From positions 16,034 to 80,033 of the forward strand of contig JBNAIC010000029.1 of assembly GCA_050031695.1 (NCBI GenBank): a stretch of 64,000 nucleotides of DNA, given 5' to 3'. Of this stretch, positions 37,370-46,638 are shown in pieces. The stretch is from Pleomorphochaeta sp. Its GTDB lineage: Bacteria; Spirochaetota; Spirochaetia; Sphaerochaetales; Sphaerochaetaceae. The notes below the pieces were generated by a model. The model did no database searches, had not been told where the DNA came from, and saw only the letters and a list, made by a program, of their open reading frames with translations. The number at the start of each line of letters is the position of its first letter. Positions within the stretch are counted from its first letter, which is position 1. The position numbers and the translations under genes were made by a program.

Positions 37370-38613
37370 TGAATAGTAATTTAGGGTTTAAATCTATTGA
37401 AGAAATAGATGTTAAAAATAAAAAAGTATTACTTAGATTAGATATTAATTCACCTATTGATGTGAATACTAAAAGAATTGTAAATACTAATAGAATTGAT
37501 AAATCCCTAAGAACTTTAAATTATTTAAAAGAAAATGGTGCAAAAGTTGCCATAATTGCTCATCAAGGAGATACTTTAGATTATCAAAATCTAATATCTC
37601 TGAGTGAGCATGCTAGTATATTATCAAAAAAAATGAATGTAAATGTTGATTATATTGATGATGTATGTGGACCTGCAGCAATTGAAAAAGTAAATAATTT
37701 AAAAAGTGGTGAATTTATTATTTTAGGTAATTTAAGATATTTAGGAGAAGAGTTATCTACATTTGAAAATAGTGTAAAGTTGAGTGATGAACAATTATTA
37801 AGTAATTATTTAGTTAGATCATTAACACCTCATTTTGATTTATATGTAAATGATGCATTTTCTGCAGCACATAGATTTGCTCCAAGTATGGTTGCTTTTC
37901 AACGAGTATTACCAAGTGCTGCTGGATATCTGTTCTTTGATGAAATTTCAACACTTAAAAAAATAAAAGATAATCCTATCTCTCCTTGTATTTTCGTTCT
38001 AGGTGGGGCAAAAATTTCTGATGCATTTTCTATGATGGAAGAAGTTTTAAGTAAAAATATTGCTGATAAAATTCTAACATGTGGTGTAACTGGAGAAGTT
38101 TTTCTACTTGCTAAAGGAATCTATCTTGGTAAAAAAGTTGAAGAATTTATAAAAGATAGAGGCTTAGAAAACTTTATAAAAGAAGCTAAAAAACTATTAG
38201 ATAAATATGAAGATAAAATAGTTGTTCCAAAAGATTTAGCCTATGAAGAAGATAATCAAAGAAAAGAGCTATTAGTAAATGGTGAACTTTTAGATTATTT
38301 ATATGCAGATATTGGTGAAAATACGATATCAACTTATAAAAAAATCATATTTGAAGCTAAAACCATTTTTGTAAATGGGCCAGCTGGAATGTATGAAAAT
38401 CCAATATTAGAAAACGGTACTAAAGAACTGCTTATAGCAATATCAAATTCAAATGGATTTAGTGTAGTAGGTGGTGGAGATAGTGTTAGTGCAACTACTA
38501 AATTTACTGATTTAAACAAAATGGATTACATCTGTACTGCAGGTGGAGCAATGGTTAGATATTTATCTGGTAAAAAATTACCCCTAATAACAGCAATGGA
38601 AAATTCAAAATAA
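37369..38613 (+). CDS. archaeal-type phosphoglycerate kinase homologue
   Basis: LLRLDINSPID, IIAHQG, LGNLRY, NDAFSAAHR, FVLGGAKISD and VVGGGDS blocks, collinear with archaeal PGK. Its start overlaps the GAPDH-like stop (TAATG). Confidence 0.85.
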   Translation: MNSNLGFKSIEEIDVKNKKVLLRLDINSPIDVNTKRIVNTNRIDKSLRTLNYLKENGAKVAIIAHQGDTLDYQNLISLSEHASILSKKMNVNVDYIDDVCGPAAIEKVNNLKSGEFIILGNLRYLGEELSTFENSVKLSDEQLLSNYLVRSLTPHFDLYVNDAFSAAHRFAPSMVAFQRVLPSAAGYLFFDEISTLKKIKDNPISPCIFVLGGAKISDAFSMMEEVLSKNIADKILTCGVTGEVFLLAKGIYLGKKVEEFIKDRGLENFIKEAKKLLDKYEDKIVVPKDLAYEEDNQRKELLVNGELLDYLYADIGENTISTYKKIIFEAKTIFVNGPAGMYENPILENGTKELLIAISNSNGFSVVGGGDSVSATTKFTDLNKMDYICTAGGAMVRYLSGKKLPLITAMENSK

Positions 38614-38636
38614 TAATTAAGATAAATAAACATTAA

Positions 38637-38668
38637 GGGGTGAGATTAATTTTTCACTCCTTTTTTTT
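38637..38668 (+). terminator. rho-independent terminator after the PGK-like gene
   Basis: GGGGTGA...TCACTCC 7-bp stem (one G-U pair), 10-nt loop, then T8. Confidence 0.7.
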
Positions 38669-38677
38669 GAGGTTAAA

Positions 38678-39919
38678 ATGAAATTTAAAGTTAACTATAA
38701 TAAAGAAATAGTAAATATAACAATAAAAGATGATACTAAAATTATTTCACCAAAAGATGTTCTTGTAAAAAATCAAGAAAGTATAATCACTAAAAGTTTA
38801 AATAATCCTATAAACAGTAAATCATTAAATGATTTTATATATAATAAAGATAAAATTTTAATAATAGTAAATGATGGAACACGCCCAACACCTACTGCAA
38901 AAGTTTTGGAAACTATTTTTCCAATAATAAAGAAAAAACAAATTACTATAATGATTGCTACAGGTGTCCATCGTATAGCAAATGAAAATGAATTGATTCA
39001 TATACTAGGAAATACATATGATAATTTAAAAGATAAAGTTATTTCTCATGAAGCAAGAAAAGCAGAAGATTTACAATATATTGGAACAAGTCGTAATGGT
39101 ACACCTTTAGAAATTAATAAAGAAGTATTAAATAATGAGGCCTTAATAGTAATTGGTAGTGTGGAACCACATTATTTTGCAGGATATACAGGTGGTAGAA
39201 AAGCTATAATGCCAGGTGTTGCGTCATTTAAATCTATAGAAGCAAATCATAAACATGCATTAGATTATAGAGCTAAAGCATTAAACCTAAAAGACAATCC
39301 AGTTCATTTAGATATGGTAGATGTATTATCTCTTTTAGGTGATAAACCGATATATTCAATTATGAGTGTTATGGATAGAAACCATAATATTTATGAAATT
39401 ACATCTGGTAATATAATTGATAGTTTTGATCAAGCAATAAAATATGCTAATGAAGTATTTACACAAGAAATAAATGAAAAATATGATATTGTAATAAGTG
39501 TAGCAACATCTCCTATGGATATAGATTTATATCAATCTCAAAAAGCTATAGATAATGGTAAATTAGCACTAAAAGATAATGGGATATTAATATTAGTGTC
39601 TGCTTGTTTAGAAGGAGTAGGGGAAAAAGCATTTTACGATTTATTAAAATCTTGTAGTACACCTGAAGAAGTTTTAGAAAATATTTCTAATAATTATAAA
39701 TTAGGGTACCATAAAGCTGGAAAAATGGCTGAAGTAATGACTTGGGCAAATATTTATGTAGTTAGCGAATTAGAGAATAAACTATGGGAAGATATTTTTA
39801 TTCAACCTTTTGGTTCTATTCAAGATGCAATAAATTGTGCAACTAAAATTAAAGGGAAAAATGCTACCTTTTGCTTACTTACAGATGGTTGTATTACTGT
39901 ACCTTTATTAACAAAATAG
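38678..39919 (+). CDS. LarA-family nickel-pincer-cofactor-dependent 2-hydroxyacid racemase/epimerase homologue (DUF2088)
   Basis: NDGTRPTP, ATGVHR and EPHYFAGYTGGRKAIMPGV (the GGRK Lys is the cofactor-tethering position in LarA), plus ANHKHAL. Confidence 0.85.
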   Translation: MKFKVNYNKEIVNITIKDDTKIISPKDVLVKNQESIITKSLNNPINSKSLNDFIYNKDKILIIVNDGTRPTPTAKVLETIFPIIKKKQITIMIATGVHRIANENELIHILGNTYDNLKDKVISHEARKAEDLQYIGTSRNGTPLEINKEVLNNEALIVIGSVEPHYFAGYTGGRKAIMPGVASFKSIEANHKHALDYRAKALNLKDNPVHLDMVDVLSLLGDKPIYSIMSVMDRNHNIYEITSGNIIDSFDQAIKYANEVFTQEINEKYDIVISVATSPMDIDLYQSQKAIDNGKLALKDNGILILVSACLEGVGEKAFYDLLKSCSTPEEVLENISNNYKLGYHKAGKMAEVMTWANIYVVSELENKLWEDIFIQPFGSIQDAINCATKIKGKNATFCLLTDGCITVPLLTK

Positions 39920-40159
39920 TTTTTATTTGAATTTTAAGAAAAAACATTAAGCAAATTTTACACAATATGTTATAATTAAGTGTAGGATATCACAGGGTAC
40001 ATTATTGTTTGTGTACAAATACTGTGTTTAGATAAATTATTTTAATGATTAGAGATATTTCATTAATGAAGACTAAATTAAAAAATTATCTATTATAGTT
40101 ATGCTGAAATTTATTTCTAATTAGTAAAAAGCTTAATTACTCAATGCATGGAGGTATAA

Positions 40160-40819
40160 ATGGGCGTTATTACAATTTCAAGAAAAATGGGAAGTGAAGG
40201 AACTTATATTGGTAGAAAAGTTGCAAAAAGATTAAACATGGCTTATGCAGATAAAGCTTTTATTTCAAAAATTATGAGAGAGTATGGTTTTAGTGCATTT
40301 AAGGAAGTTTATGATGAAACACCTACATTTTGGGATAAGTTTTTAACAATTAGAGAGCAAACAATAGATTTCTTAGCTAAAACAGAACAAGCTATTGGTA
40401 AAGCTGATAATGTAGTAATTGTTGGTAGAGGTGGTTTTGGTATTTTTGAAAATTATAATGATGTATTAAATATTAGAACAAAGGCCCCATTAGAAATTAG
40501 AGTTAAGAGACAAATGGCTGAGCATGATATAAGTTATGAAGAAGCTTATACCCATGTTTTAGAAAATGATAAAGTACGTAAAAATTTTGTAGAGTCTGAT
40601 TTTAGATTTGATTATCAAAATACAAATAGTTTTGATATGATAATTAATACTGCAATTATTGATCCTGATAAATCAGTAGACTATATTTGTGAAGTATATG
40701 ATTCTTTGATAAAAAATGGTAGATCTAGCACATCAAAAAATTTAAAAGATTTAGAAGTTGATCCAATTTTATTAAAGTATGTTAGAGAAGAATTAGATAA
40801 AACTAAAGATGCTTTATAA
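40160..40819 (+). CDS. cytidylate-kinase-like family protein
   Basis: VITISRKMGSEGTYIGRKVAKRLNM and VIVGRGG blocks of the AAA/cytidylate-kinase-like family. SD GGAGG upstream. Confidence 0.72.
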   Translation: MGVITISRKMGSEGTYIGRKVAKRLNMAYADKAFISKIMREYGFSAFKEVYDETPTFWDKFLTIREQTIDFLAKTEQAIGKADNVVIVGRGGFGIFENYNDVLNIRTKAPLEIRVKRQMAEHDISYEEAYTHVLENDKVRKNFVESDFRFDYQNTNSFDMIINTAIIDPDKSVDYICEVYDSLIKNGRSSTSKNLKDLEVDPILLKYVREELDKTKDAL

Positions 40820-40831
40820 TTTACTTATTAA

Positions 40832-41611
40832 CTAAATGATGTTATTAACAAATAACATTATTGCAATATAATAAACACTTAATATCACAACAAAATTATA
40901 AATTTTTTGTGGTATTATTTTTATTAAATATATTGATGCTAATATTCCTAAAAATAAACCTGGAAGCATAGCTAATGTTATTTTTAAAGTTTCAAAAGTA
41001 ATATTTTTCCAAAAGAAAATAAAAATTATTACTTTAGTTATATTTAGTGAAAAAAAGAAAAGGGCAGTAGATCCTACAAATTCTTTTTTTTCTTTAGTTT
41101 GTCTAAAAAAATAAATACAAGTGATAGCACCAGCTGCATTTGAAACTGTAGTAATCCCAGATAACAATGATAAAAACAATGTAAATGGTTTATTTAAAGG
41201 CTTATTTATTTTATCTTCAATCCTACCACTTTTATCTTTAATTTTAGTAATTTCTCCAATTGTTATCATAATTACCATTAATAATAAAAAAAATGAGATA
41301 AAAATAGTGAATAATCTATCATCAATAAATGATGCAAAAAAACTTGTAATTATAATACCAATAATTGCTAATGGTACAAAATTAAAAACAGCTTTATAAT
41401 TAATTTGATTTCTGTATATGTATATTGGAATTATATCTCCTAGTAGGTAAATAGGGGCTAAAATTCCAATAACTTGTTTAGAAGGGATGATATTTAACAT
41501 TAAATACATACATATAACAGATAAATTTCTAAACCCTCCTTTATCTAAACCTAAAAAAAAGGCAGCTATTGTTAAGATGGTTATATTAGAAATAATTAAT
41601 TGATTTGCCAT
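40832..41611 (-). CDS. TauE/SafE-family anion exporter membrane protein
   Basis: 259 aa with about 8 TM helices and a central hydrophilic loop. GLDKGGF N-terminal motif typical of TauE. Confidence 0.7.
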   Translation of the reverse strand: MANQLIISNITILTIAAFFLGLDKGGFRNLSVICMYLMLNIIPSKQVIGILAPIYLLGDIIPIYIYRNQINYKAVFNFVPLAIIGIIITSFFASFIDDRLFTIFISFFLLLMVIMITIGEITKIKDKSGRIEDKINKPLNKPFTLFLSLLSGITTVSNAAGAITCIYFFRQTKEKKEFVGSTALFFFSLNITKVIIFIFFWKNITFETLKITLAMLPGLFLGILASIYLIKIIPQKIYNFVVILSVYYIAIMLFVNNII

Positions 41612-41619
41612 AAATTACC

Positions 41620-42921
41620 TTAATTCTTAGTTTTAAGAAGTGCACCTTGCAACACATAAAACAAAAAAAGTGGGACAATGATTATATAATTATCTTGAAT
41701 TAGTGTTTCAGGAATAATATTTTTTATAATTATAAATACTACTAAATAAAAGCTATATATTGAACAAAATATTTCATATAAAATAACTCTATGCATTGAA
41801 AATTCTTTTTTTGATAAAGTTAATATTGAAAGAATTAATGGAAAAATAAATATTATTGGATTTAGAAAAAATATGTTTTCATTATTCCATGCAGCCGTAA
41901 TATTCGAATAAAAAACAAAAAAAGTAATTACTAAGGATATTATGAATAAAAATAAATTGATAATAATATTGTAAATTCCAAAAAAGGGTAATTCTTTATC
42001 TTGTTTTAATACTTTAAAGAATAATCCTAGAAGCCCTAAAATCAAGCCTATTAATGTATATAAAATTAAATGATTTTTAAACCTTGAAAAAGAATTGAAA
42101 GTAGAAGTACTGTTAGTTTCATTAATTATTGTTTGAGTTGAATTAAATTCTTGAAAATCAATTGTTGCTGATTCTAAATATTCAGGTAGAAACATGCTTT
42201 CCCACAGTGTAATATCCACATCACTATTTTCACCTAAAAAAGAATTTAATACCCAATTTACAAAATAAGATCTTGATAATTCGTTTGAAGATAAATACCT
42301 ATAAGAATAATGGGAGTTTTGAGTAGTTGCCCATTCTTTAAATTCTCCATCACTAGCCCAATTTAAAATATCTCTTATTCTCGTAGCACAATTGTCTAAA
42401 TAAAAATCATATAAATAAGTTCTATTTTCTTTTTGTGCATTATAATTTAAGAAATTAACAATATCGAGTTTTTTATTATTAGGAATATTTAATTCAACTT
42501 TACTAATTGCTCTATTATCTTCAATAGGTTGTTCAAATCTAACTGAAGCTTCAGATGGTAAAAGTAAATAATACATTTTTCCGAACATAAAGTTTTCAAC
42601 AAAATTTTCACTTGAAAAATTAAATATACCATAATCATAAACTATGGAGATATTATCATCTTGTTCTACCATAATAGCTGAATGACCAAACCATGAATAA
42701 ACTGGTTTGCCTGGTGTTATTGTAATTAAAGATACTTTAATTTTATCAAGTTCTAATGTGTCATATAAGTCAATGTTAGTAATTTTTTCAAAAGAGGATA
42801 AATTTTCTTCACTGGGAAAGGGATTAGGTAGTGGCTCTTTTTCAATATTTAGAGAAAAAATATTGTTAGTGATACATAATAATAGAACTAGTAGTGCAAC
42901 AAATTTGTAATTAATTTTCAT
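41620..42921 (-). CDS. DUF4105 (Lnb N-terminal domain) protein with C-terminal polytopic membrane region
   Basis: Signal peptide, then WFGHSAIMV...VYDYGIFNF (DUF4105-like). The C-terminal third has several TM helices. Confidence 0.55.
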   Translation of the reverse strand: MKINYKFVALLVLLLCITNNIFSLNIEKEPLPNPFPSEENLSSFEKITNIDLYDTLELDKIKVSLITITPGKPVYSWFGHSAIMVEQDDNISIVYDYGIFNFSSENFVENFMFGKMYYLLLPSEASVRFEQPIEDNRAISKVELNIPNNKKLDIVNFLNYNAQKENRTYLYDFYLDNCATRIRDILNWASDGEFKEWATTQNSHYSYRYLSSNELSRSYFVNWVLNSFLGENSDVDITLWESMFLPEYLESATIDFQEFNSTQTIINETNSTSTFNSFSRFKNHLILYTLIGLILGLLGLFFKVLKQDKELPFFGIYNIIINLFLFIISLVITFFVFYSNITAAWNNENIFFLNPIIFIFPLILSILTLSKKEFSMHRVILYEIFCSIYSFYLVVFIIIKNIIPETLIQDNYIIIVPLFLFYVLQGALLKTKN

Positions 42922-43166
42922 AACTTAGTTAGTTTACCATATGACTAAATAGATTTCTATATTTTTTTTTTAAATATAATAGTTAGGAAGTATAAAATAG
43001 TAAATAATTTAAATTTTAATACGAAATAGTCTTATTATATTATAAACAAAAGTTTTAAAATTAATAATAATTTTAAATTATTCTAACTTATATCTGTTTG
43101 AATATTTAATCTATATTTTATTGACTAAAATATGTTTTTAATCTTATTCTTATATGAGGAGATTTT

Positions 43167-43898
43167 ATGGAAAGGAATATTGTTACTCAAGCTATCGCGC
43201 TTCATTCTAGAAGAGATGGTGTAAACAATGTTAATATTTCCCTATTAAGTATAGATTTAGGAGTAATAACTATTAGGGCTTTTGGCGCTAAAACAAGCAA
43301 AAAAGCTCCAAAAGCTTTTAGATTTCAAGAAGGACAGTTTTTTATATATTTTAATCCAACTAAAAAACAATACATTTTAAAAGATGTTAATTTAATTGCA
43401 ACACATGATGGATTATTAAATGATTATTCAAATATATCTATTGCATCAATTATGAGTGAAATCATATTAAAAACATATAGTGATGATTCTGCATATGTAT
43501 ATAATTTGTTTACTAAATCATTAGATTTTTTAGAAGATGATTCTATTAATAAGGATATTATTCTAATTCAATTTATTCTAAGGTTTATTAAAAATCATGG
43601 TTTTTTTGAAAATTTTACAAATTGTCCAAATTGTGAAAAAAAATATAGTGATGAAGAAATATTATATTTTTCAAACACTTTAAGTGTTCCTAGTTGTAAA
43701 AACTGTTCTAATTCTTCTAATATGTTATTGCCTCCTAAAGCAAGAAAGTATTTATCTATTACATTAAATATGTCTATAGAAGATGCAATTAATATTAAAT
43801 TATATGAGACTACTGCCACTAGGATAAAATCTTATATGATTAGATGGATAACAAATATAATAGGTTATCCATTAAAAAGTGTAACTGTATTAAATTAA
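43167..43898 (+). CDS. recO: DNA repair protein RecO
   Basis: N-terminal OB-fold pattern (AIALHSRRDGVNNVNISLLS...IRAFGAK) and a C4 zinc finger (CPNC...CKNC). Adjacent to recJ. Confidence 0.8.
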   Translation: MERNIVTQAIALHSRRDGVNNVNISLLSIDLGVITIRAFGAKTSKKAPKAFRFQEGQFFIYFNPTKKQYILKDVNLIATHDGLLNDYSNISIASIMSEIILKTYSDDSAYVYNLFTKSLDFLEDDSINKDIILIQFILRFIKNHGFFENFTNCPNCEKKYSDEEILYFSNTLSVPSCKNCSNSSNMLLPPKARKYLSITLNMSIEDAINIKLYETTATRIKSYMIRWITNIIGYPLKSVTVLN

Positions 43899-43911
43899 CA
43901 AAAGGTAAAAT

Positions 43912-46068
43912 ATGAATTGGATAAGAAAAAGTATTGATATTGAAGAAGTAAAACAACTTTCTAATAGATATAAAGTTGATTTATTAACATGCTCAATTCT
44001 TGCTAGAAGAAGAATAGTTGAAAGAGAAAAAGTTAAGTTTTATTTAGAAAATGATTTATTATTTTTGCATAGTCCCTTTGAATTTAAAGATATGTCAAAT
44101 GCAATTGAAAGAGTACTAGATGCTATTGAATCTGAAGAAAAGATCAGGGTTTTTGGTGATAAAGATGTAGATGGAATTACTAGTACTGTTTTAATAGTAA
44201 ATGAACTAAATAGATTAGGAGCTAATGTAAGTTATACGGTACCAGATGGAGATGATCCATATGGAATGACGAAAGAAAAAGTAAAAAAAGCTAAAGAAGA
44301 TGGAGTTAGTTTGTTTATAACAGTAGACTGTGGAATTAGTGAAATTGATGAAATCAATTATGCTAATGATTTATATATTGACACAATAGTCTTAGATCAT
44401 CATTTAAGCGGTGAAGTCTTACCTAATGCTTACTCTATTATTGATCCAAAGAAAAAGGGCTCAACATATCCTTTTGAACATTTAGCGGGATGTGGTGTAA
44501 CAGCTAAATTTATATGGGCACTACGTTTTTCTCAAACTGATTATTTTAATGAAGATTATATATTATTACATGCACAACCAGGCAATGATACAGTAATTAT
44601 TCAAGCTATGAAAGTGAGAAATCTTGTAGTTGTTGATAGGGTTATTGAGATAATTAACCCAGGCTTAGTAAAAATAGAACAAAGTAAAATAATAGAATTT
44701 ATCAATTGTGGTGTACCTATAATTGTTCTTGATGAAGATGTTGAAAAGAAACAATTAAGTAAAGCTTTTAATTCTAAAATTGATATATATTTACAAGATA
44801 TGAGACCTATCTTAAATGAAGTTTTTCCATCATTAAAAACCAAAAGTCTCTTTTCATTATCTGAAATATCTAAAAGTGGAAAATACAGTGAAATAGTTAG
44901 AGATGAGTTAGATGTTTTAATGGGTATTTTTAACTCAATAATTTATTCTTCAAATAAATTGTTATCTACAGGATTTGATAAAGTATTAGATTTGGTTGCC
45001 ATTGGTACTGTTGCTGATATGATGCCTATGGTTGATGAAAATAGAATCATTGTTAGAAGAGGCTTGAAACAACTAACTCAAAATCCTAGAAGATCTTTAT
45101 TGCCATTATTAGCAAATGCTAAACTGATAAATAAAAGTATTACTACAACAAATATTGGTTGGAATATATCACCAATAATTAATTCTTCAGGACGATTAGG
45201 GAAGCCGCAAGTAGCTATTGATATGTTATTAGCACAAGAGGATTCTAAAATAGAAGAACATGCCTTAGCTCTCTTAGAATTAAATAAGGAACGTCAAAAA
45301 TTAGGTGATGATTCTTGGGATAAACTACAAAAGGAAGCTAAAGATAATTTTGAAAAATTTGGTTCAAAGCTTGTTTTAGTTAAAAATACTAAAGTCCCAA
45401 GAGGTATAACAGGTTTAATGGCTTCAAGATTAATGAATAATTATAAAAGTCCTAGTATGGTTTTATCAAAAAATGATGATTCAACTTATACAGGAAGTAT
45501 GAGATCTCCTAAGGGATTTCATATTACTAAATTCTTAAAATCTTTTGATTCTTTATTATTGAATTTTGGTGGTCATGCAAATGCAGGTGGGTTTTCACTT
45601 AAAGAAGAAAATCTTGATGAATTTATAATTAGTATTGAAGAAAAATTATATAGTATGGATGATGTTGAAGTTGAAGATCAAAATGATGTTGAAATTGATT
45701 GTACGATAAATGAGAAAGATTTTTCACCAAAATTAATGAAAATTGTAGAATTATTCGAGCCTTATGGGCAATTAAATAATCCTCTTGTTTTTCATATAGA
45801 AAAAGCACAATTAAGTAATTATTTTTTTATTAATGGTGGTTCAAATGGAAGTCGAAATATTAAGTTAGAATTATCATTTAATAATTATAAATGGCCATGT
45901 ATTTTCTGGAATGGTGGAAAACAAATAGATGAAGGTTTTGAAATTGGAGATTTTGTTGATGTTGTATTTAAAATGAGCTTAAATAATTATAAAAATAACG
46001 AAATGATTCAACTATCTATAATTGATATTAAGCAAAGTGAAAATACTTTAAATGTAAATACAAAATAA
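43912..46068 (+). CDS. recJ: single-stranded-DNA-specific exonuclease RecJ
   Basis: DHH motifs (GDKDVDGITS, TVDCG, LDHH) and the DHHA1 motif GGHANAGG. Confidence 0.92.
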   Translation: MNWIRKSIDIEEVKQLSNRYKVDLLTCSILARRRIVEREKVKFYLENDLLFLHSPFEFKDMSNAIERVLDAIESEEKIRVFGDKDVDGITSTVLIVNELNRLGANVSYTVPDGDDPYGMTKEKVKKAKEDGVSLFITVDCGISEIDEINYANDLYIDTIVLDHHLSGEVLPNAYSIIDPKKKGSTYPFEHLAGCGVTAKFIWALRFSQTDYFNEDYILLHAQPGNDTVIIQAMKVRNLVVVDRVIEIINPGLVKIEQSKIIEFINCGVPIIVLDEDVEKKQLSKAFNSKIDIYLQDMRPILNEVFPSLKTKSLFSLSEISKSGKYSEIVRDELDVLMGIFNSIIYSSNKLLSTGFDKVLDLVAIGTVADMMPMVDENRIIVRRGLKQLTQNPRRSLLPLLANAKLINKSITTTNIGWNISPIINSSGRLGKPQVAIDMLLAQEDSKIEEHALALLELNKERQKLGDDSWDKLQKEAKDNFEKFGSKLVLVKNTKVPRGITGLMASRLMNNYKSPSMVLSKNDDSTYTGSMRSPKGFHITKFLKSFDSLLLNFGGHANAGGFSLKEENLDEFIISIEEKLYSMDDVEVEDQNDVEIDCTINEKDFSPKLMKIVELFEPYGQLNNPLVFHIEKAQLSNYFFINGGSNGSRNIKLELSFNNYKWPCIFWNGGKQIDEGFEIGDFVDVVFKMSLNNYKNNEMIQLSIIDIKQSENTLNVNTK

Positions 46069-46206
46069 ATTGAAATAAAGTTAAATAATATAAATAAAGG
46101 TGTTGAATAAACTTATAATATTCTATATATTCATCTTTGTGATTAATTAAATTTAATCAGTTAAATACGTCCCAATGCATATAAAGAGGGAAGGAGGTGA
46201 TTTTGA

Positions 46207-46416
46207 ATGGCATATATTAAAGTAGATGATAACGAACCTTTAGAAAAATCAATTAAACGTTTTAAACGTTTAGTAGAAAAAGAAGGCATTATTCGTGAGT
46301 ACAAAAAAAGAGAATACTTCGAAAAACCATCAACCATTCTTAATAGAAAGAAAAAAGCTAATGCTCGTAAGCAATTAAAAAAAGCTAGAAAATTACACGC
46401 TTCAAAATCATATTAA
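46207..46416 (+). CDS. rpsU: 30S ribosomal protein S21
   Basis: [22 protein letters not shown]...YFEKPS...KK basic tail. SD GAAGGAGGTGA upstream. Confidence 0.95.
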   Translation: MAYIKVDDNEPLEKSIKRFKRLVEKEGIIREYKKREYFEKPSTILNRKKKANARKQLKKARKLHASKSY

Positions 46417-46425
46417 GATAACTTC

Positions 46426-46455
46426 CCGCTTAGTAAACAACTAGGCGGTTTTTTT
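46426..46455 (+). terminator. rho-independent terminator of rpsU
   Basis: CCGCTTAG-taaacaa-CTAGGCGG (one G-U pair) followed by T7. Confidence 0.8.
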
Positions 46456-46561
46456 ATGAAATAAATCTAATTCAAAAAAATAAAAATTCTTATATTAAAG
46501 AAAGTAAATAATAAAAAAATCATATTTTTTTTTAGTAATAGCAAAAAAAATCAAAAAAAAA

Positions 46562-46590
46562 TTGACAAATTCACCAATATATTTTATTCT
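46562..46590 (+). promoter_or_regulatory. promoter of serA-serC-lrp operon
   Basis: Consensus TTGACA, 17-nt spacer, TATTCT. Preceded by long A-tracts (UP-element-like). Confidence 0.55.
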
Positions 46591-46638
46591 AAAGTCAAAA
46601 AATAAGATGTTTAAAATATCTAATTAAAGAGGTTAATT

